NCBI GenBank assembly: GCA_965205975.1
Contig: OZ242195.1
Location: 3,456,001-3,520,000 of the forward strand
Length of the DNA: 64,000 nucleotides
Origin: Candidatus Latescibacterota bacterium
GTDB taxonomy: Bacteria; Latescibacterota; UBA2968
Direction of reading: 5' to 3'
Part shown: in pieces, positions 10,396 to 20,853 of the stretch
How positions within the stretch are numbered: position 1 is the stretch's first letter
How the letters are laid out: the number at the start of each line of letters is the position of its first letter
Notes under the pieces: model-generated
What the model was told of the DNA's origin: nothing
Database searches by the model: none
Seen by the model: only the letters and a program-made list of their open reading frames with translations
Translations under genes and position numbers: made by a program

Positions 10396-11211
10396 TTATT
10401 CCAGGTCGGGAAGTTCGTCGCGGGACAGAAGCAACTTGATTGAGCGCGGTTGGCGGGGAATTCTCGATATAAGACCTCGTTTTTCCAGGGTCTTGAGCAT
10501 GCTGTTGACGGAAGGACCTGTGATGCGAAAATACCTCTGTATATCCGCCTGGGCTGGGGGATAACCGTTCAACTTCGTGTAATAATAGATAAATGTCAGA
10601 TATTGTCCCTGTCTATCGGTATATACGAGTGCCTTCTCGCGCTTAAAGACCTTGTAGAAGTCGAGAAAAGACAGCATCCGATTGCTTTCCTCAAGATCAA
10701 AATTCTCGGGATCGAATGGCTCTCCAATCCACTCTGAATACATTTCATGCTCTGGATGATTTTTGTTTTCAAGCGCGCTTAAAAATTCTTCGTACCCCCA
10801 AATTCCACCCACATCCTCTGGTGGGCATGCGCGTTTTCCCGTCAGACATACAGGATAAAACACCCCGGCTTCTGGCTCCTTGATTTGTTCAACCCGAATC
10901 ATGTGTTCCCAGCTATCGCCGAAGTCATATTCATATATAAATTGTGCCCCAACCTCAACGGCGACCTGCTGAAGGGTGATTTCAGTTGCATCTCGGATAT
11001 CCTCCATCATTCCCCAGTCTTCCATGCCTGGATAAGGGGTGCTATAATAGGTATCGTTGATAATGAACTGGTGAAGATGAGCATCTTCCCACCCCATCAC
11101 AATCTGAATCACCTCATGTAGTTCTCCAAGTGAGAGGTTGCCATCAACCTCAACCCGCCGCCATATCGGCGGCCTGGAACCTCTTAGCGTAATTTTGAGT
11201 CGGTAGATCAT
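10396..11211 (-). CDS. pRiA4b ORF-3 family protein with C-terminal LexA/MarR-like wHTH
   Basis: PPIWRR, HLHQF, YEYDFGDSWEH, ACPPEDVGG; tail TDRQGQYLTFIYYY..PPAQADIQRYF..LEKRGLISR. Confidence 0.88.
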   Translation of the reverse strand: MIYRLKITLRGSRPPIWRRVEVDGNLSLGELHEVIQIVMGWEDAHLHQFIINDTYYSTPYPGMEDWGMMEDIRDATEITLQQVAVEVGAQFIYEYDFGDSWEHMIRVEQIKEPEAGVFYPVCLTGKRACPPEDVGGIWGYEEFLSALENKNHPEHEMYSEWIGEPFDPENFDLEESNRMLSFLDFYKVFKREKALVYTDRQGQYLTFIYYYTKLNGYPPAQADIQRYFRITGPSVNSMLKTLEKRGLISRIPRQPRSIKLLLSRDELPDLE

Positions 11212-11245
11212 AATGTATTCTTTTTTTAAATTGGTGTAATATCCG

Positions 11246-11563
11246 TTATTTTATACCCGCAGGTCTTATTTCTTCAAGTTCGTCTTTCAAAGATTGCTCT
11301 ACGCGCCACAAATCACAAGCTTGTTGTAGGCGTAACCAGAGTCCGGGACCGTTGCCTACAAGCTTACCGATTCTAAGTGCCATTTCTATCGTAACCGGAT
11401 GCGTACAGGCCAGAACGCGATGCAACTGTTGACGGGAAACACCAAGTCGCCGAGCGGCTTCACTAACCGATAACTCAAGCGACGGCAATACATCTTCGCG
11501 CAGAATCTCACCCGGATGAACAGGCGCGCGCTCCAACGGACGTTTGACAGAATATTCGGCCAT
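11246..11563 (-). CDS. higA: HigA family antitoxin (HTH)
   Basis: PVHPGEILRED, EAARRLGVSR, MALRIGK, WLRLQ. Confidence 0.9.
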   Translation of the reverse strand: MAEYSVKRPLERAPVHPGEILREDVLPSLELSVSEAARRLGVSRQQLHRVLACTHPVTIEMALRIGKLVGNGPGLWLRLQQACDLWRVEQSLKDELEEIRPAGIK

Positions 11564-11570
11564 TGTCACC

Positions 11571-11846
11571 TCAATGATATTGCTCAAGATTGACCCTTAG
11601 TGCATCACCATCTTGCCATTCGAACGTAATACACCATGGACCGTTTACGTGAATACTATAACGTTTGGGTAATCCTCGCAGACCGTGAAAGTTGAACCCC
11701 GGTACATTCAAGTCTGTCAATGATTCCGCTTGATCGAGAACTTCCAGACGACGTAAGCAGCGCCTTTGCAAATCCCAACGCATTCGACGACTGCGACCGC
11801 GTTCAAAAAGTTCGACAAGTCCTTTATGCTTGAAACTTATGATCAT
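11571..11846 (-). CDS. higB: HigB (RelE/ParE-like) toxin
   Basis: MIISFKHKGL, FHGLRG, YSIHVNGPWCITFEW, LEQYH; toxin-first order. Confidence 0.9.
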   Translation of the reverse strand: MIISFKHKGLVELFERGRSRRMRWDLQRRCLRRLEVLDQAESLTDLNVPGFNFHGLRGLPKRYSIHVNGPWCITFEWQDGDALRVNLEQYH

Positions 11847-11893
11847 TTATAAAAATGTAACATACTTTGTTACACTGTCAACAATTATAATAT

Positions 11894-12073
11894 ACGTCAT
11901 GTGTGACTTTGTATAAAGGTCAGCAAAACAAGCGCACAGATATAGCCTACAGAGCACAAGAGCGGTCAGCGATCAGCAGTCAGCAGTCAGAAAAACCAAA
12001 AACACAGGTTTTCTGCCTGTTATCTGTATTTATCGGTATTATTCTGTGGCACTCTTGAAGTCACACATCGCGT
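11894..12073. mobile_element. MITE with IS982-like ends (same TIR family as 27633-28091 and 39841-40064)
   Basis: ACGTCATGTGTGACTTT ... GAAGTCACACATCGCGT; subterminal sequence similar to 39841-39885. Confidence 0.75.
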
Positions 12074-12180
12074 AAAACAATATCTTCAAGTGACACAAAG
12101 CCAATATATAGTATATTGGCCGGGAATCAACACTCAAAATCTTCGACAAAAGGACTTGAAATTCAACAAAGGATATATCT

Positions 12181-13926
12181 ATGAGCAAATCGAAAAGTGC
12201 CGCAGACATTAACATTCTCGACGCTGCCGAAAAATGGAAACAGCAATGCCTTTTGGATGGTGGATCGCTATTCTCGGAAGAATCTCTCTGGACCCGAGGA
12301 AACTTCGAACAACTCCGCATCCACTTTGTCCAGAATCCTGATAAAGGATCGGGTAAATTCTACGAGAAACTGGCGCAACAACTGGAACATGCTCCCCCAG
12401 AGGCGAAGCGTCTATGGGCTGAAATGACATGGGTACTTTTTTTAATCGTCTATCGCGGCGTGCTTAAACCAGAGACAAAACGCGCTCAGATCAGGCAAGT
12501 CTGGGAATGGTCGGGGTCGAAACTTCCGGATAATCATTGGGCACTGGGCGACGTCTTAGCAAAAGGGGTTACAAATCCAGGCCAAGCTTATAATACTTCC
12601 CGTTGGCGAGAATGCCGCTTCTTCATCACCACGATGATGAGCTGGTTTTCCCATTCCTCAGAGGATCGAAAATCGCTATTGACCGATCCCTGGGACTTTG
12701 CCGAATGGCTCGACGCTCAGGAGTACTGTCAAGGCCGTCAATTTCGACATGCTTTTCTGTACCTTCTGTTTCCGGATGCGTTTGAAGCAATTATGAGTCA
12801 AGGCCATAAAGAAAAAATAGTCAACGCTTTCTCAAAAAAATGGAATGAGAATCTGCTCACTAACGACGGGGATAACGTCGCTCTCGATCAAGCATTATTG
12901 AAAATTCGGAAACGCCTTAAGGACGAATACCCCGACACGGGAATCGACTTCTACAGTGCGCGGTTCAAGGATATTTGGCAATCCAGTCAGCCGCCTCCAC
13001 CACCGCCGCCACCGGAAGTGAGGGAAACAGCATTTCTTTTTGTTTCCTATTCCATAGAAAACATCCTGACAGAAGGCTGTTTTCTTCAACGAGAAAAACT
13101 GGAAACAATCCTTCAACGCCTCCGCGACAAGAAAAATCTAATCCTGCAAGGGCCTCCGGGCACGGGCAAAACATGGCTGGCAAAAAAGCTGGCCTTCGCC
13201 TTAATAGGTGAACGCAAAGAAGACAAAATACGCCCTGTGCAGTTTCACCCCAATCTTTCTTACGAAGATTTTGTCAGAGGATGGCGACCATCAGGCGACG
13301 GCAAGCTGGATCTGGTTGATGGCCCCTTTCTTCAGATGATAAACACCGCAAAAGACGATCCAGAGTCACAATATGCGATCATCATTGAGGAAATCAATCG
13401 CGGCAACCCCGCACAAATTTTTGGCGAGATGCTCACGCTACTGGAATCGGACAAGCGAAAAGAGACCGAAGCATTGGAACTGTCTTATCGAAAAAGAGAA
13501 GGCGAACGGGTTTACATTCCCGAAAACCTGTATGTCATCGGCACAATGAACGTTGCCGACCGCTCAATCGCTATGGTCGATTTCGCCCTTCGCAGGCGAT
13601 TCGCCTTTGTTGACCTTGAACCCATATTTGGCAATGTCTGGCAGGACTGGGTACATAATCAGTACAAAATAGACGAGGAATTTCTGCTACAAGTAGCAGA
13701 AAGAATGAATGTGCTGAACGAACAGATAGCTGGGGATGCTAATCTCGGTGCTCAATTCAGGGTGGGACACAGTTATGTAACGCCTTCCGCTGGGGAGATT
13801 GATGATTCCCATGAATGGTTCAAACAAGTAGTCGAAACCGAAATCGGCCCCTTGCTGGACGAATACTGGTTTGATGCGCTGGATACAGCCCAAAAGTCCC
13901 GAGAAAAACTACTGGAAGGGTTATAA
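12181..13926 (+). CDS. mcrB: McrB family AAA+ GTPase (type IV restriction)
   Basis: GPPGTGKT, QFHPNLSYEDFV, IIEEINRGN, GTMNVADRS, ALRRRF. Confidence 0.93.
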   Translation: MSKSKSAADINILDAAEKWKQQCLLDGGSLFSEESLWTRGNFEQLRIHFVQNPDKGSGKFYEKLAQQLEHAPPEAKRLWAEMTWVLFLIVYRGVLKPETKRAQIRQVWEWSGSKLPDNHWALGDVLAKGVTNPGQAYNTSRWRECRFFITTMMSWFSHSSEDRKSLLTDPWDFAEWLDAQEYCQGRQFRHAFLYLLFPDAFEAIMSQGHKEKIVNAFSKKWNENLLTNDGDNVALDQALLKIRKRLKDEYPDTGIDFYSARFKDIWQSSQPPPPPPPPEVRETAFLFVSYSIENILTEGCFLQREKLETILQRLRDKKNLILQGPPGTGKTWLAKKLAFALIGERKEDKIRPVQFHPNLSYEDFVRGWRPSGDGKLDLVDGPFLQMINTAKDDPESQYAIIIEEINRGNPAQIFGEMLTLLESDKRKETEALELSYRKREGERVYIPENLYVIGTMNVADRSIAMVDFALRRRFAFVDLEPIFGNVWQDWVHNQYKIDEEFLLQVAERMNVLNEQIAGDANLGAQFRVGHSYVTPSAGEIDDSHEWFKQVVETEIGPLLDEYWFDALDTAQKSREKLLEGL

Positions 13927-15038
13927 TGGACACCGTTCTAGAAAACGACAATCTGGGGTACATCGGAGAAATTCCAGTCAGAAATCTCTGGCTACTGATG
14001 CTTTATGCGTCCCAACTATTCCGACAGATAAACGATTTGCAAAAGAGAAAGGTTGAAGACAATCCCGACGACATCCCCGACCTGGTGGCTGAAATCCTGT
14101 CGTGGACGGTAGAACGTCGCTTGAGGCGAAACCTGAGCTTTGGCTACCAGCCCAAACAAGCTATCCTCAGCAGGGTGCGCGGCAGAATCGACCATATCCA
14201 TACAGAACGCCGCCAACTGCTGCACAGAGGTCTTGTTGCATGCCGGTTTGAAGAACTAACAGTAGATACACCACGCAACCGCTATGTTCGAGCGGCATTG
14301 GAAAAGTCGGCCAATATGGTACGAAGCGTTGACCTATCCCATCGATGTCGCGTCCTTGCCATCCGTTTAATGCACATGGGAGTGAATGGGGAACATCTTA
14401 TCCGACATGCCCCATCGGTAAATCTCACTGGTCGGATAGACACCGCTGACCGGCAGATGCTGGCTGCGGCACAACTGGCCTTCGATTTGGCACTGCCCAC
14501 CGAAACCGCTGGCCCCAGGAATTTATCTTCACCATCCCGCGAACCCCAATGGGTACGGAAACTTTATGAAAAGGCCATCGCCGGATTCTACGACGTCACG
14601 CTTACACAACGAAGGTGGAGAGTTCATCCCGGGCGACAACTCGATTGGTCCAAAGGTAAGAAGACTAAGGGTATTGATAACATCCTCCCAAAAATGCTCA
14701 CGGATATCGTTATAGACGATGTAGTTTTGGATCATCGTATCATCATAGACACTAAATTTACATCCATCCTTAAACCCGGAAATTACCGTACCCAAACATT
14801 GGCCTCACCCCATATATACCAGATATACGCCTACTTGAGATCCCAGGAAGGTTTGGGTGATCCTCTGGCGGACACGGCATCGGGCATACTCCTGTATCCT
14901 GCTATTAATTGCTCAGTTGACGAATCGGTTGACATACAGGGTCACAACATACGATTCGCCACCGTAAATCTCGACGCAACTCCTGGAGAGATCCGGCACA
15001 GGCTCCTTGAATTGATTGATCCCGCCCTGGTAAAATAA
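13926..15038 (+). CDS. mcrC: McrC restriction subunit (PD-(D/E)xK)
   Basis: IPVRNLWLLMLYA, TDIV..IIDTKF, IYQIYAYL, GILLYP; coupled to mcrB. Confidence 0.93.
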   Translation: MDTVLENDNLGYIGEIPVRNLWLLMLYASQLFRQINDLQKRKVEDNPDDIPDLVAEILSWTVERRLRRNLSFGYQPKQAILSRVRGRIDHIHTERRQLLHRGLVACRFEELTVDTPRNRYVRAALEKSANMVRSVDLSHRCRVLAIRLMHMGVNGEHLIRHAPSVNLTGRIDTADRQMLAAAQLAFDLALPTETAGPRNLSSPSREPQWVRKLYEKAIAGFYDVTLTQRRWRVHPGRQLDWSKGKKTKGIDNILPKMLTDIVIDDVVLDHRIIIDTKFTSILKPGNYRTQTLASPHIYQIYAYLRSQEGLGDPLADTASGILLYPAINCSVDESVDIQGHNIRFATVNLDATPGEIRHRLLELIDPALVK

Positions 15039-15147
15039 AAAAACGCCATCAGCTATTTGCCGATGGCGTTTATGCTTATCTTTGGTGCTTTCAAAGATCG
15101 TATGGTATCGCTAATTCCTCAGGGAGTTTTCGCAGATAGGCAGTACC

Positions 15148-15519
15148 CTACTGTTCTCCCACCCCATTGCCCATCTCGATGGATTGGGCGTTCGCAAGCG
15201 AAGTCACAAAATCAACATCTTTTGCATCCTTGCTTTTGATCAGGATAATTGGCTTATCAAGGGCAGATGCCATTCCAGCTTCATAGTTCACCCATTGTGA
15301 TTTGGCACTATTCGGCGTGACAATAATTACTACGTTACTCGCGCTACACATCTGTTGCTTTATCGCCTCCCGAACATCGTCACCAATCTTGGTATCTACG
15401 CGAAGATCAATAAACGACATGTCGTCGGTATCGTGACCAGACTTCTTCAATAATCTGGACACCTGTTCTGCAATATCACGGTCCTGATAAGCATAAGAAA
15501 GGAATACTTTTTTACTCAT
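15148..15519 (-). CDS. Stand-alone TIR-domain protein
   Basis: KVFLSYAYQD, SAKSQWVNYE (catalytic Glu), KPII. Confidence 0.85.
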   Translation of the reverse strand: MSKKVFLSYAYQDRDIAEQVSRLLKKSGHDTDDMSFIDLRVDTKIGDDVREAIKQQMCSASNVVIIVTPNSAKSQWVNYEAGMASALDKPIILIKSKDAKDVDFVTSLANAQSIEMGNGVGEQ

Positions 15520-15642
15520 TCTCGCGCTCCTTATCCCGCCAGATATATTGACAAACGGGCATGTTGATCTATAATATACTGAAAGGGAAGAAATCCGAGG
15601 GATTTTTCATATCTAAAACCATCTAAAATCTCACTGCATAAA

Positions 15643-18135
15643 ATGATAGATATCAATAGACAACGCAATATACTGAGCCAGGTTGATCTTCTTAGATATA
15701 ACCTCGTTAAAAAGAAAAAAAAGAAAAACCACCTTGGCCAGTTCTTTACGCCTGCTCCGATAGCTGAGTTCATGGCACAGATGTTTCGCATATCAGAAGC
15801 CTCTGTTCATTTGCTTGATGCCGGTGCTGGAATAGGCTCTCTTTCTGCTGCTTTTGTCGATTATGTCTGCACACAGAAGCAGACCCCCAAGGAATTTACA
15901 ATCACAGCCTATGAAATTGATGCTTCATTGACGCCATTTTTAGAAAATACATTGAACGCCTGTCGCTCAAAATGTGAGCAACTCGGCATTCATTTTAGCT
16001 ACAAAGTGATCAATGAAGATTTTGTCAAAGCTGCTACATCTGCACTCAGACAAGATCTGTTCTCTCCTCCTGCCAAGAAGTTCAATTATGCTATTCTCAA
16101 TCCCCCCTACAAAAAAATCCAGAGTGCTTCTGAACACAGAAAATTATTGCGTCGCCTTGGGATTGAAACGAGCAATCTTTATACAGCCTTTCTGGCGATA
16201 ACAAAAAAATTGCTGACTGAAGAGGGACAACTCGTTGCAATTACACCGAGAAGCTTCTGCAATGGACCTTATTTCAAAGCATTTAGAAATGACTTTCTCG
16301 AAGAAATGGCATTAAAGAGAATTCACATCTTTGAATCCAGAAAAAGGGCCTTCAGCGACGATGGTGTCCTGCAAGAAAACATCATTTTCCATGCGATCAA
16401 ATCTAAGGCAACGCCATCAAAGATAGCGATCTCATCTCATTCATCTCCAAGAGATCCTCTATTCTGGAGAGATGTGGAATATAACCATGTGATACATCCA
16501 CAGGATCCTGATAAGTTCATTCACATCATTACAGATGAGACAGACCATCAAATAGCTGAAAAGATGAAGCATTTTCAATCAACTCTGGAGGAACTCGGCA
16601 TCTCGGTATCAACGGGCAGAGTTGTTGATTTCCGGGCGAACAAATTCTTGAAACAGGTACCAAATAAGAAAACAGTGCCCTTAATTTATCCCATGCATTT
16701 CCAGCAAGGTTTTGTTGAATGGCCCTCCAAAAACATTAAGAAGCCCCACGCCATTATTTCTTCAGAAGAATCCAAAAATTTATTGGTCCCTTCTGGCACG
16801 TATGTTTTGGTAAGGCGTTTCTCCTCAAAAGAAGAAAAACGCAGGGTCGTAGCTGCTATCTACGATCCAGAGCGAATAAAATCAGAAACAGTAGGCTTTG
16901 AAAACCATCTGAATTATTTCCATTGCAATGGAAAAGGGCTGCCTGCACATCTTGCAAAAGGGCTGGCAGTTTTTCTTAATTCAATGATGGTTGACGCTTA
17001 CTTCAGATTGTTCAACGGCCATACGCAGGTAAATGCTACGGACTTGAGAAGTCTTAAATACCCTTCAAAAGAAAAACTCGAATCTCTGGGGGCAAAAATT
17101 AAGGACAGATTACCGAATGGTGATGCGTTGGATGATTTAATTGAACAAGAGGTCTTTAATATGGCAAATGAAAGCGGGAAACCAGATCCAATCAAAAGAA
17201 AACAGAAGATAGAAGCAGCACTCGCAATTCTGAAATCTATTGGTATGCCAGGTGCCCAGCAGAATGAGCGTTCAGCATTAACCTTGCTGGCATTGATCGA
17301 TGTAAAATCTGAAACACAGTGGGAGGATGCGAATAATCCTTTGATTGGCATTACACCCATCATGAATTTTGCGGCTGATCATTATGGGAAACAATACGCA
17401 CCAAATACGAGAGAGACCGTTAGAAGACAGACAGTACATCAATTTTTGGATGCTGGCATTATCCGCATCAACCCCGATGACCCTGATAGACCGACCAATA
17501 GCCCTAATACGGTGTATCAAATTGAAAATTCTACTCTTGACCTGATTCGGTCTTATGGCAGTGCAAAATGGAATGACGAGTTAGAGAAATTCCTGCAATC
17601 AATAGAGACTTTGCAAGCGAAGTATGCACAGGAGCGTCAGGCAAGAAAAATCCCCGTTGATATTTCAAACACAACCCAGGTAAACCTCTCTCCTGGGGGA
17701 CAGAACGAGCTTGTTAAGAAAATCATTGACGATATGTTTCCCAATTTCGCACCTGATGGTACGGTAATCTATCTTGGGGATACCGCCAGCAAATTTGCCT
17801 ATTTTGACAGGAAAGCACTTGAAATGTTAGGCGTGGATATTGAAGACCACGGTAAGATGCCAGATGTAGTCATTCATCATAAGCAAAAAAATTGGTTGCT
17901 GCTTATTGAAGCTGTAACCAGTCATGGCCCTGTTGATCCAAAACGTCGAGGAGAGTTGCAACAACTCTTTGCAACCTCAAAAGCAGGACTTGTTTTTATT
18001 ACAACATTTTTGACTCGAAGAGATATGATGAGATATCTCTCTGAAATCTCCTGGGAAACAGAAGTCTGGATCGCTGAATCTCCAACACATATGATACACT
18101 TTGATGGGGAGAGGTTTCTGGGGCCTTATGAATGA
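15643..18135 (+). CDS. Fused N6-adenine methyltransferase + BsuBI/PstI-family restriction endonuclease
   Basis: GQFFTP, LDAGAGIG, ILNPPY, FENHLN; C-half YAPNTRETVRRQTVHQF, HGKMPDVV, IEAVTSHGP, WETEVW, GERFLGPY. Confidence 0.9.
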   Translation: MIDINRQRNILSQVDLLRYNLVKKKKKKNHLGQFFTPAPIAEFMAQMFRISEASVHLLDAGAGIGSLSAAFVDYVCTQKQTPKEFTITAYEIDASLTPFLENTLNACRSKCEQLGIHFSYKVINEDFVKAATSALRQDLFSPPAKKFNYAILNPPYKKIQSASEHRKLLRRLGIETSNLYTAFLAITKKLLTEEGQLVAITPRSFCNGPYFKAFRNDFLEEMALKRIHIFESRKRAFSDDGVLQENIIFHAIKSKATPSKIAISSHSSPRDPLFWRDVEYNHVIHPQDPDKFIHIITDETDHQIAEKMKHFQSTLEELGISVSTGRVVDFRANKFLKQVPNKKTVPLIYPMHFQQGFVEWPSKNIKKPHAIISSEESKNLLVPSGTYVLVRRFSSKEEKRRVVAAIYDPERIKSETVGFENHLNYFHCNGKGLPAHLAKGLAVFLNSMMVDAYFRLFNGHTQVNATDLRSLKYPSKEKLESLGAKIKDRLPNGDALDDLIEQEVFNMANESGKPDPIKRKQKIEAALAILKSIGMPGAQQNERSALTLLALIDVKSETQWEDANNPLIGITPIMNFAADHYGKQYAPNTRETVRRQTVHQFLDAGIIRINPDDPDRPTNSPNTVYQIENSTLDLIRSYGSAKWNDELEKFLQSIETLQAKYAQERQARKIPVDISNTTQVNLSPGGQNELVKKIIDDMFPNFAPDGTVIYLGDTASKFAYFDRKALEMLGVDIEDHGKMPDVVIHHKQKNWLLLIEAVTSHGPVDPKRRGELQQLFATSKAGLVFITTFLTRRDMMRYLSEISWETEVWIAESPTHMIHFDGERFLGPYE

Positions 18136-18166
18136 TGTTGTATTGTTTTGAACACCTTCATAGAAC

Positions 18167-19276
18167 CTACAACCTATCCACCTGCGTCTCTCCGCGCTTC
18201 AGCTCTTCCATAAGCTCATCGTATCGATCCCGATCAACCGGCATCGCGACTTCCTCTTTTCGCAGGGCCGAAAGCACAATCGCGTTAATCAGTTCCAGTG
18301 TTCGCCGCGCTGTCACCCCATCTGTAATGGCCTCTCCCCCATCCAGAATCGCCGAAACAAAACTCTCCACCAGTGTTGGTCCCCCCTCATCGGACGGCAC
18401 ATCCTCCCAGCTAATGTTTGGCTGATGCCCCTTTGCCCCCTTTATAAACGCCCGCATAGGCGCTTCGTACCGCCCCAATCGAAACACATCGGGCACCTTT
18501 GAATTGGCATTCTTCTCATCTCGAAACTCAATCGTACCCAGATCCCCTGAAATCTGCCTGTAATTCAATCGCCTATCGCACGTACTCAACTGCACATTCG
18601 CATGGGCACCACAGGCAAAACGGATATTGGCAACAACCGTATCCTCAATCTCCACACGATGACCCCAATTGCACATCATCGCAGAAACCGCAACCGGATC
18701 ACCCACCATCCAGCACAGCAAATCCAGATCGTGACTCGTCTGATTCATCAGCACCCCACCCCCTGCGTGCTCCCAGGTACACCGCCATATATCCCGGTCG
18801 TAATACACCTCTGGCCGCGTCTCAATCCACATCCACAGCACCCGGTAAATCTCTCCCAACGCCCCCTCATCAATCAGCCGCTTCAGCGCGCGATTGCCGG
18901 GAAACGTGCGATAATTGTGCCCCACAGCCAACTTCAAATCCCGCGCCTGTGCCGCCTCGATCATCCTATCCGCTTCGGAAACCGTATTCGCAATCGGCTT
19001 CTCCACAAAAGTATGCAACCCCACCTCCAAACAATCCAAACCCATCGGCGCGTGGAGATGGTGCGGCGTCGCAATCACCACCGCATCCAGATCCTCGGAC
19101 GCGATCATCTCCCGGTAATCCCCCCAGGCGCGCGCACCCCGTTCTTCTCCCACCTGCCGCGCATAATCCAGATCCAAATCAGCCACCGCCACCAACTCCG
19201 CCCGATCCAGTCCTGAAATCTCCCGCACATGTTGCCCGCCCATGCCCTTCAAGCCGACCACACCGAACCTGACCAT
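18167..19276 (-). CDS. Gfo/Idh/MocA family oxidoreductase
   Basis: GVVGLKGMG, IATPHHLH, VEKP, GGGVLMNQTSHDLD. Confidence 0.92.
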   Translation of the reverse strand: MVRFGVVGLKGMGGQHVREISGLDRAELVAVADLDLDYARQVGEERGARAWGDYREMIASEDLDAVVIATPHHLHAPMGLDCLEVGLHTFVEKPIANTVSEADRMIEAAQARDLKLAVGHNYRTFPGNRALKRLIDEGALGEIYRVLWMWIETRPEVYYDRDIWRCTWEHAGGGVLMNQTSHDLDLLCWMVGDPVAVSAMMCNWGHRVEIEDTVVANIRFACGAHANVQLSTCDRRLNYRQISGDLGTIEFRDEKNANSKVPDVFRLGRYEAPMRAFIKGAKGHQPNISWEDVPSDEGGPTLVESFVSAILDGGEAITDGVTARRTLELINAIVLSALRKEEVAMPVDRDRYDELMEELKRGETQVDRL

Positions 19277-19285
19277 AGCTCCTCC

Positions 19286-20758
19286 TTAAATCACCTGTTG
19301 AAAATTCTCAAACGCCTCGTCCCAGGCATCCGTATCCGTCGGGCTATACGTCTTAATCTCAGTAGAAGCGCGCACAACATCCCGGAGCTCATCCAGAGAA
19401 CCAATCTGCCCCTTGCCCATTGCCTGCATCAAAAGATTGCCCATTGCAGTCGCCTCAGCCGGACCTGACAGCACCACACGCCCTGTTGCAGAAGCGATAA
19501 ATTGGCACAAAAGCGTATTGTGTATGCCCCCACCCACAATATGAATATCCCCCAGCGTCTTGCCCAATACATCTTCGAGCTGACCCAGAACATAGCGACA
19601 TTTGAGCGCCAGACTCTCCAGTGCCGTGCGAATAATATCCCCCTCACTATCGGGCAGCCGTTGACCAGTGCGCTTGCAAAAATCCCGAATGCGAGACGGC
19701 ATATCCCCTGGCGTACCAAAATCGGCGTGATCCGGATCGATAAACGACGCGAGCCGAGCCGATTCCATCGCCAGTCCCATCAACTCTTCCCACGAATAAT
19801 CTTTCCCCGCCAACGCCCACACGCGGCGGCATTCCTGCACAATCCACAGCCCCGAAATATTTTTCAGAAATCGAATCGTATGATCAACACCGCCCTCATT
19901 GGTAAAATTGTGCGCGAGCGCGCGCTTATTAATCGCGGGTTCAGGCAATTCCGCACCCATCAACGCCCACGTACCACAACTGATATAAACCGCATCGGGT
20001 GAAGAAAGGGGCACAGCCGCAACCGCCGACCCCGTATCGTGACAAGCCGGTGCAATCACATCAATCGGTGCAATACCCATCTCATCCGCAATGCTCCTGC
20101 GCATGGGACCAAGCACCGTGCCTGGCGACACCACATCCGGAAGCATATCCGTGGGAATATCGAGCGCATTGAGCATCGATTTTGCCCAGGCATTCTCGCG
20201 CGGATTGTAGAACTGCGTAGTAGTTGCATTGGAATACTCACACACCTTCATACCTGTGAACCAAAAATTGAACAAATCGGGCATCGTGAGAAACGTGCGC
20301 GCAATATCGAGCTGGGGCGATTGCGACAGACCCTGCGCGAACAACTGATACAGCGTGTTAAGCTCCATAAACTGAATACCCGTCTGCTCAAAAATCTCCT
20401 CGCGAGAAACGCGCTCAAACGCGACATCCATCATCCCCTGAGTGCGCGCATCGCGGTAGCAAAAGGGATTGCAGAGCAAATTGTCCTGTGCGTCGAGCAA
20501 GCCATAATCGACCCCCCACGTATCACAGCCCATACCATTGAGCGGTTCCCCAGACCGAACAGCGAGACGCAACCCCGTACACATCTCGTCAAACAGCCGC
20601 AGCGCATCCCAATAATAATGATTGCCAATAGGTATTCCCTGATTGGGAAACCGGTGAATCTCTTCAATATCCAGACGCGAGCCATCAAAACGCCCCAAAA
20701 CAGCCCGGCCGCTGGACGCACCCAAATCATAAGCGAGATAATTGGTCGTCGATGCCAT
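19286..20758 (-). CDS. rhaB: Rhamnulokinase-like FGGY carbohydrate kinase
   Basis: LAYDLGASSGR, DTWGVDY, HDTGSAV, FTNEGG, LKNISGLW, EATAMGN. Confidence 0.88.
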   Translation of the reverse strand: MASTTNYLAYDLGASSGRAVLGRFDGSRLDIEEIHRFPNQGIPIGNHYYWDALRLFDEMCTGLRLAVRSGEPLNGMGCDTWGVDYGLLDAQDNLLCNPFCYRDARTQGMMDVAFERVSREEIFEQTGIQFMELNTLYQLFAQGLSQSPQLDIARTFLTMPDLFNFWFTGMKVCEYSNATTTQFYNPRENAWAKSMLNALDIPTDMLPDVVSPGTVLGPMRRSIADEMGIAPIDVIAPACHDTGSAVAAVPLSSPDAVYISCGTWALMGAELPEPAINKRALAHNFTNEGGVDHTIRFLKNISGLWIVQECRRVWALAGKDYSWEELMGLAMESARLASFIDPDHADFGTPGDMPSRIRDFCKRTGQRLPDSEGDIIRTALESLALKCRYVLGQLEDVLGKTLGDIHIVGGGIHNTLLCQFIASATGRVVLSGPAEATAMGNLLMQAMGKGQIGSLDELRDVVRASTEIKTYSPTDTDAWDEAFENFQQVI

Positions 20759-20853
20759 AAAAAACTCCATTTTTCGCATTGTGTTCATACACTTCAGTGG
20801 CTATTATAGGACGCAGTTGGGAAGTGTCAAGTATTTCGTTATCAGGAGTGTGT

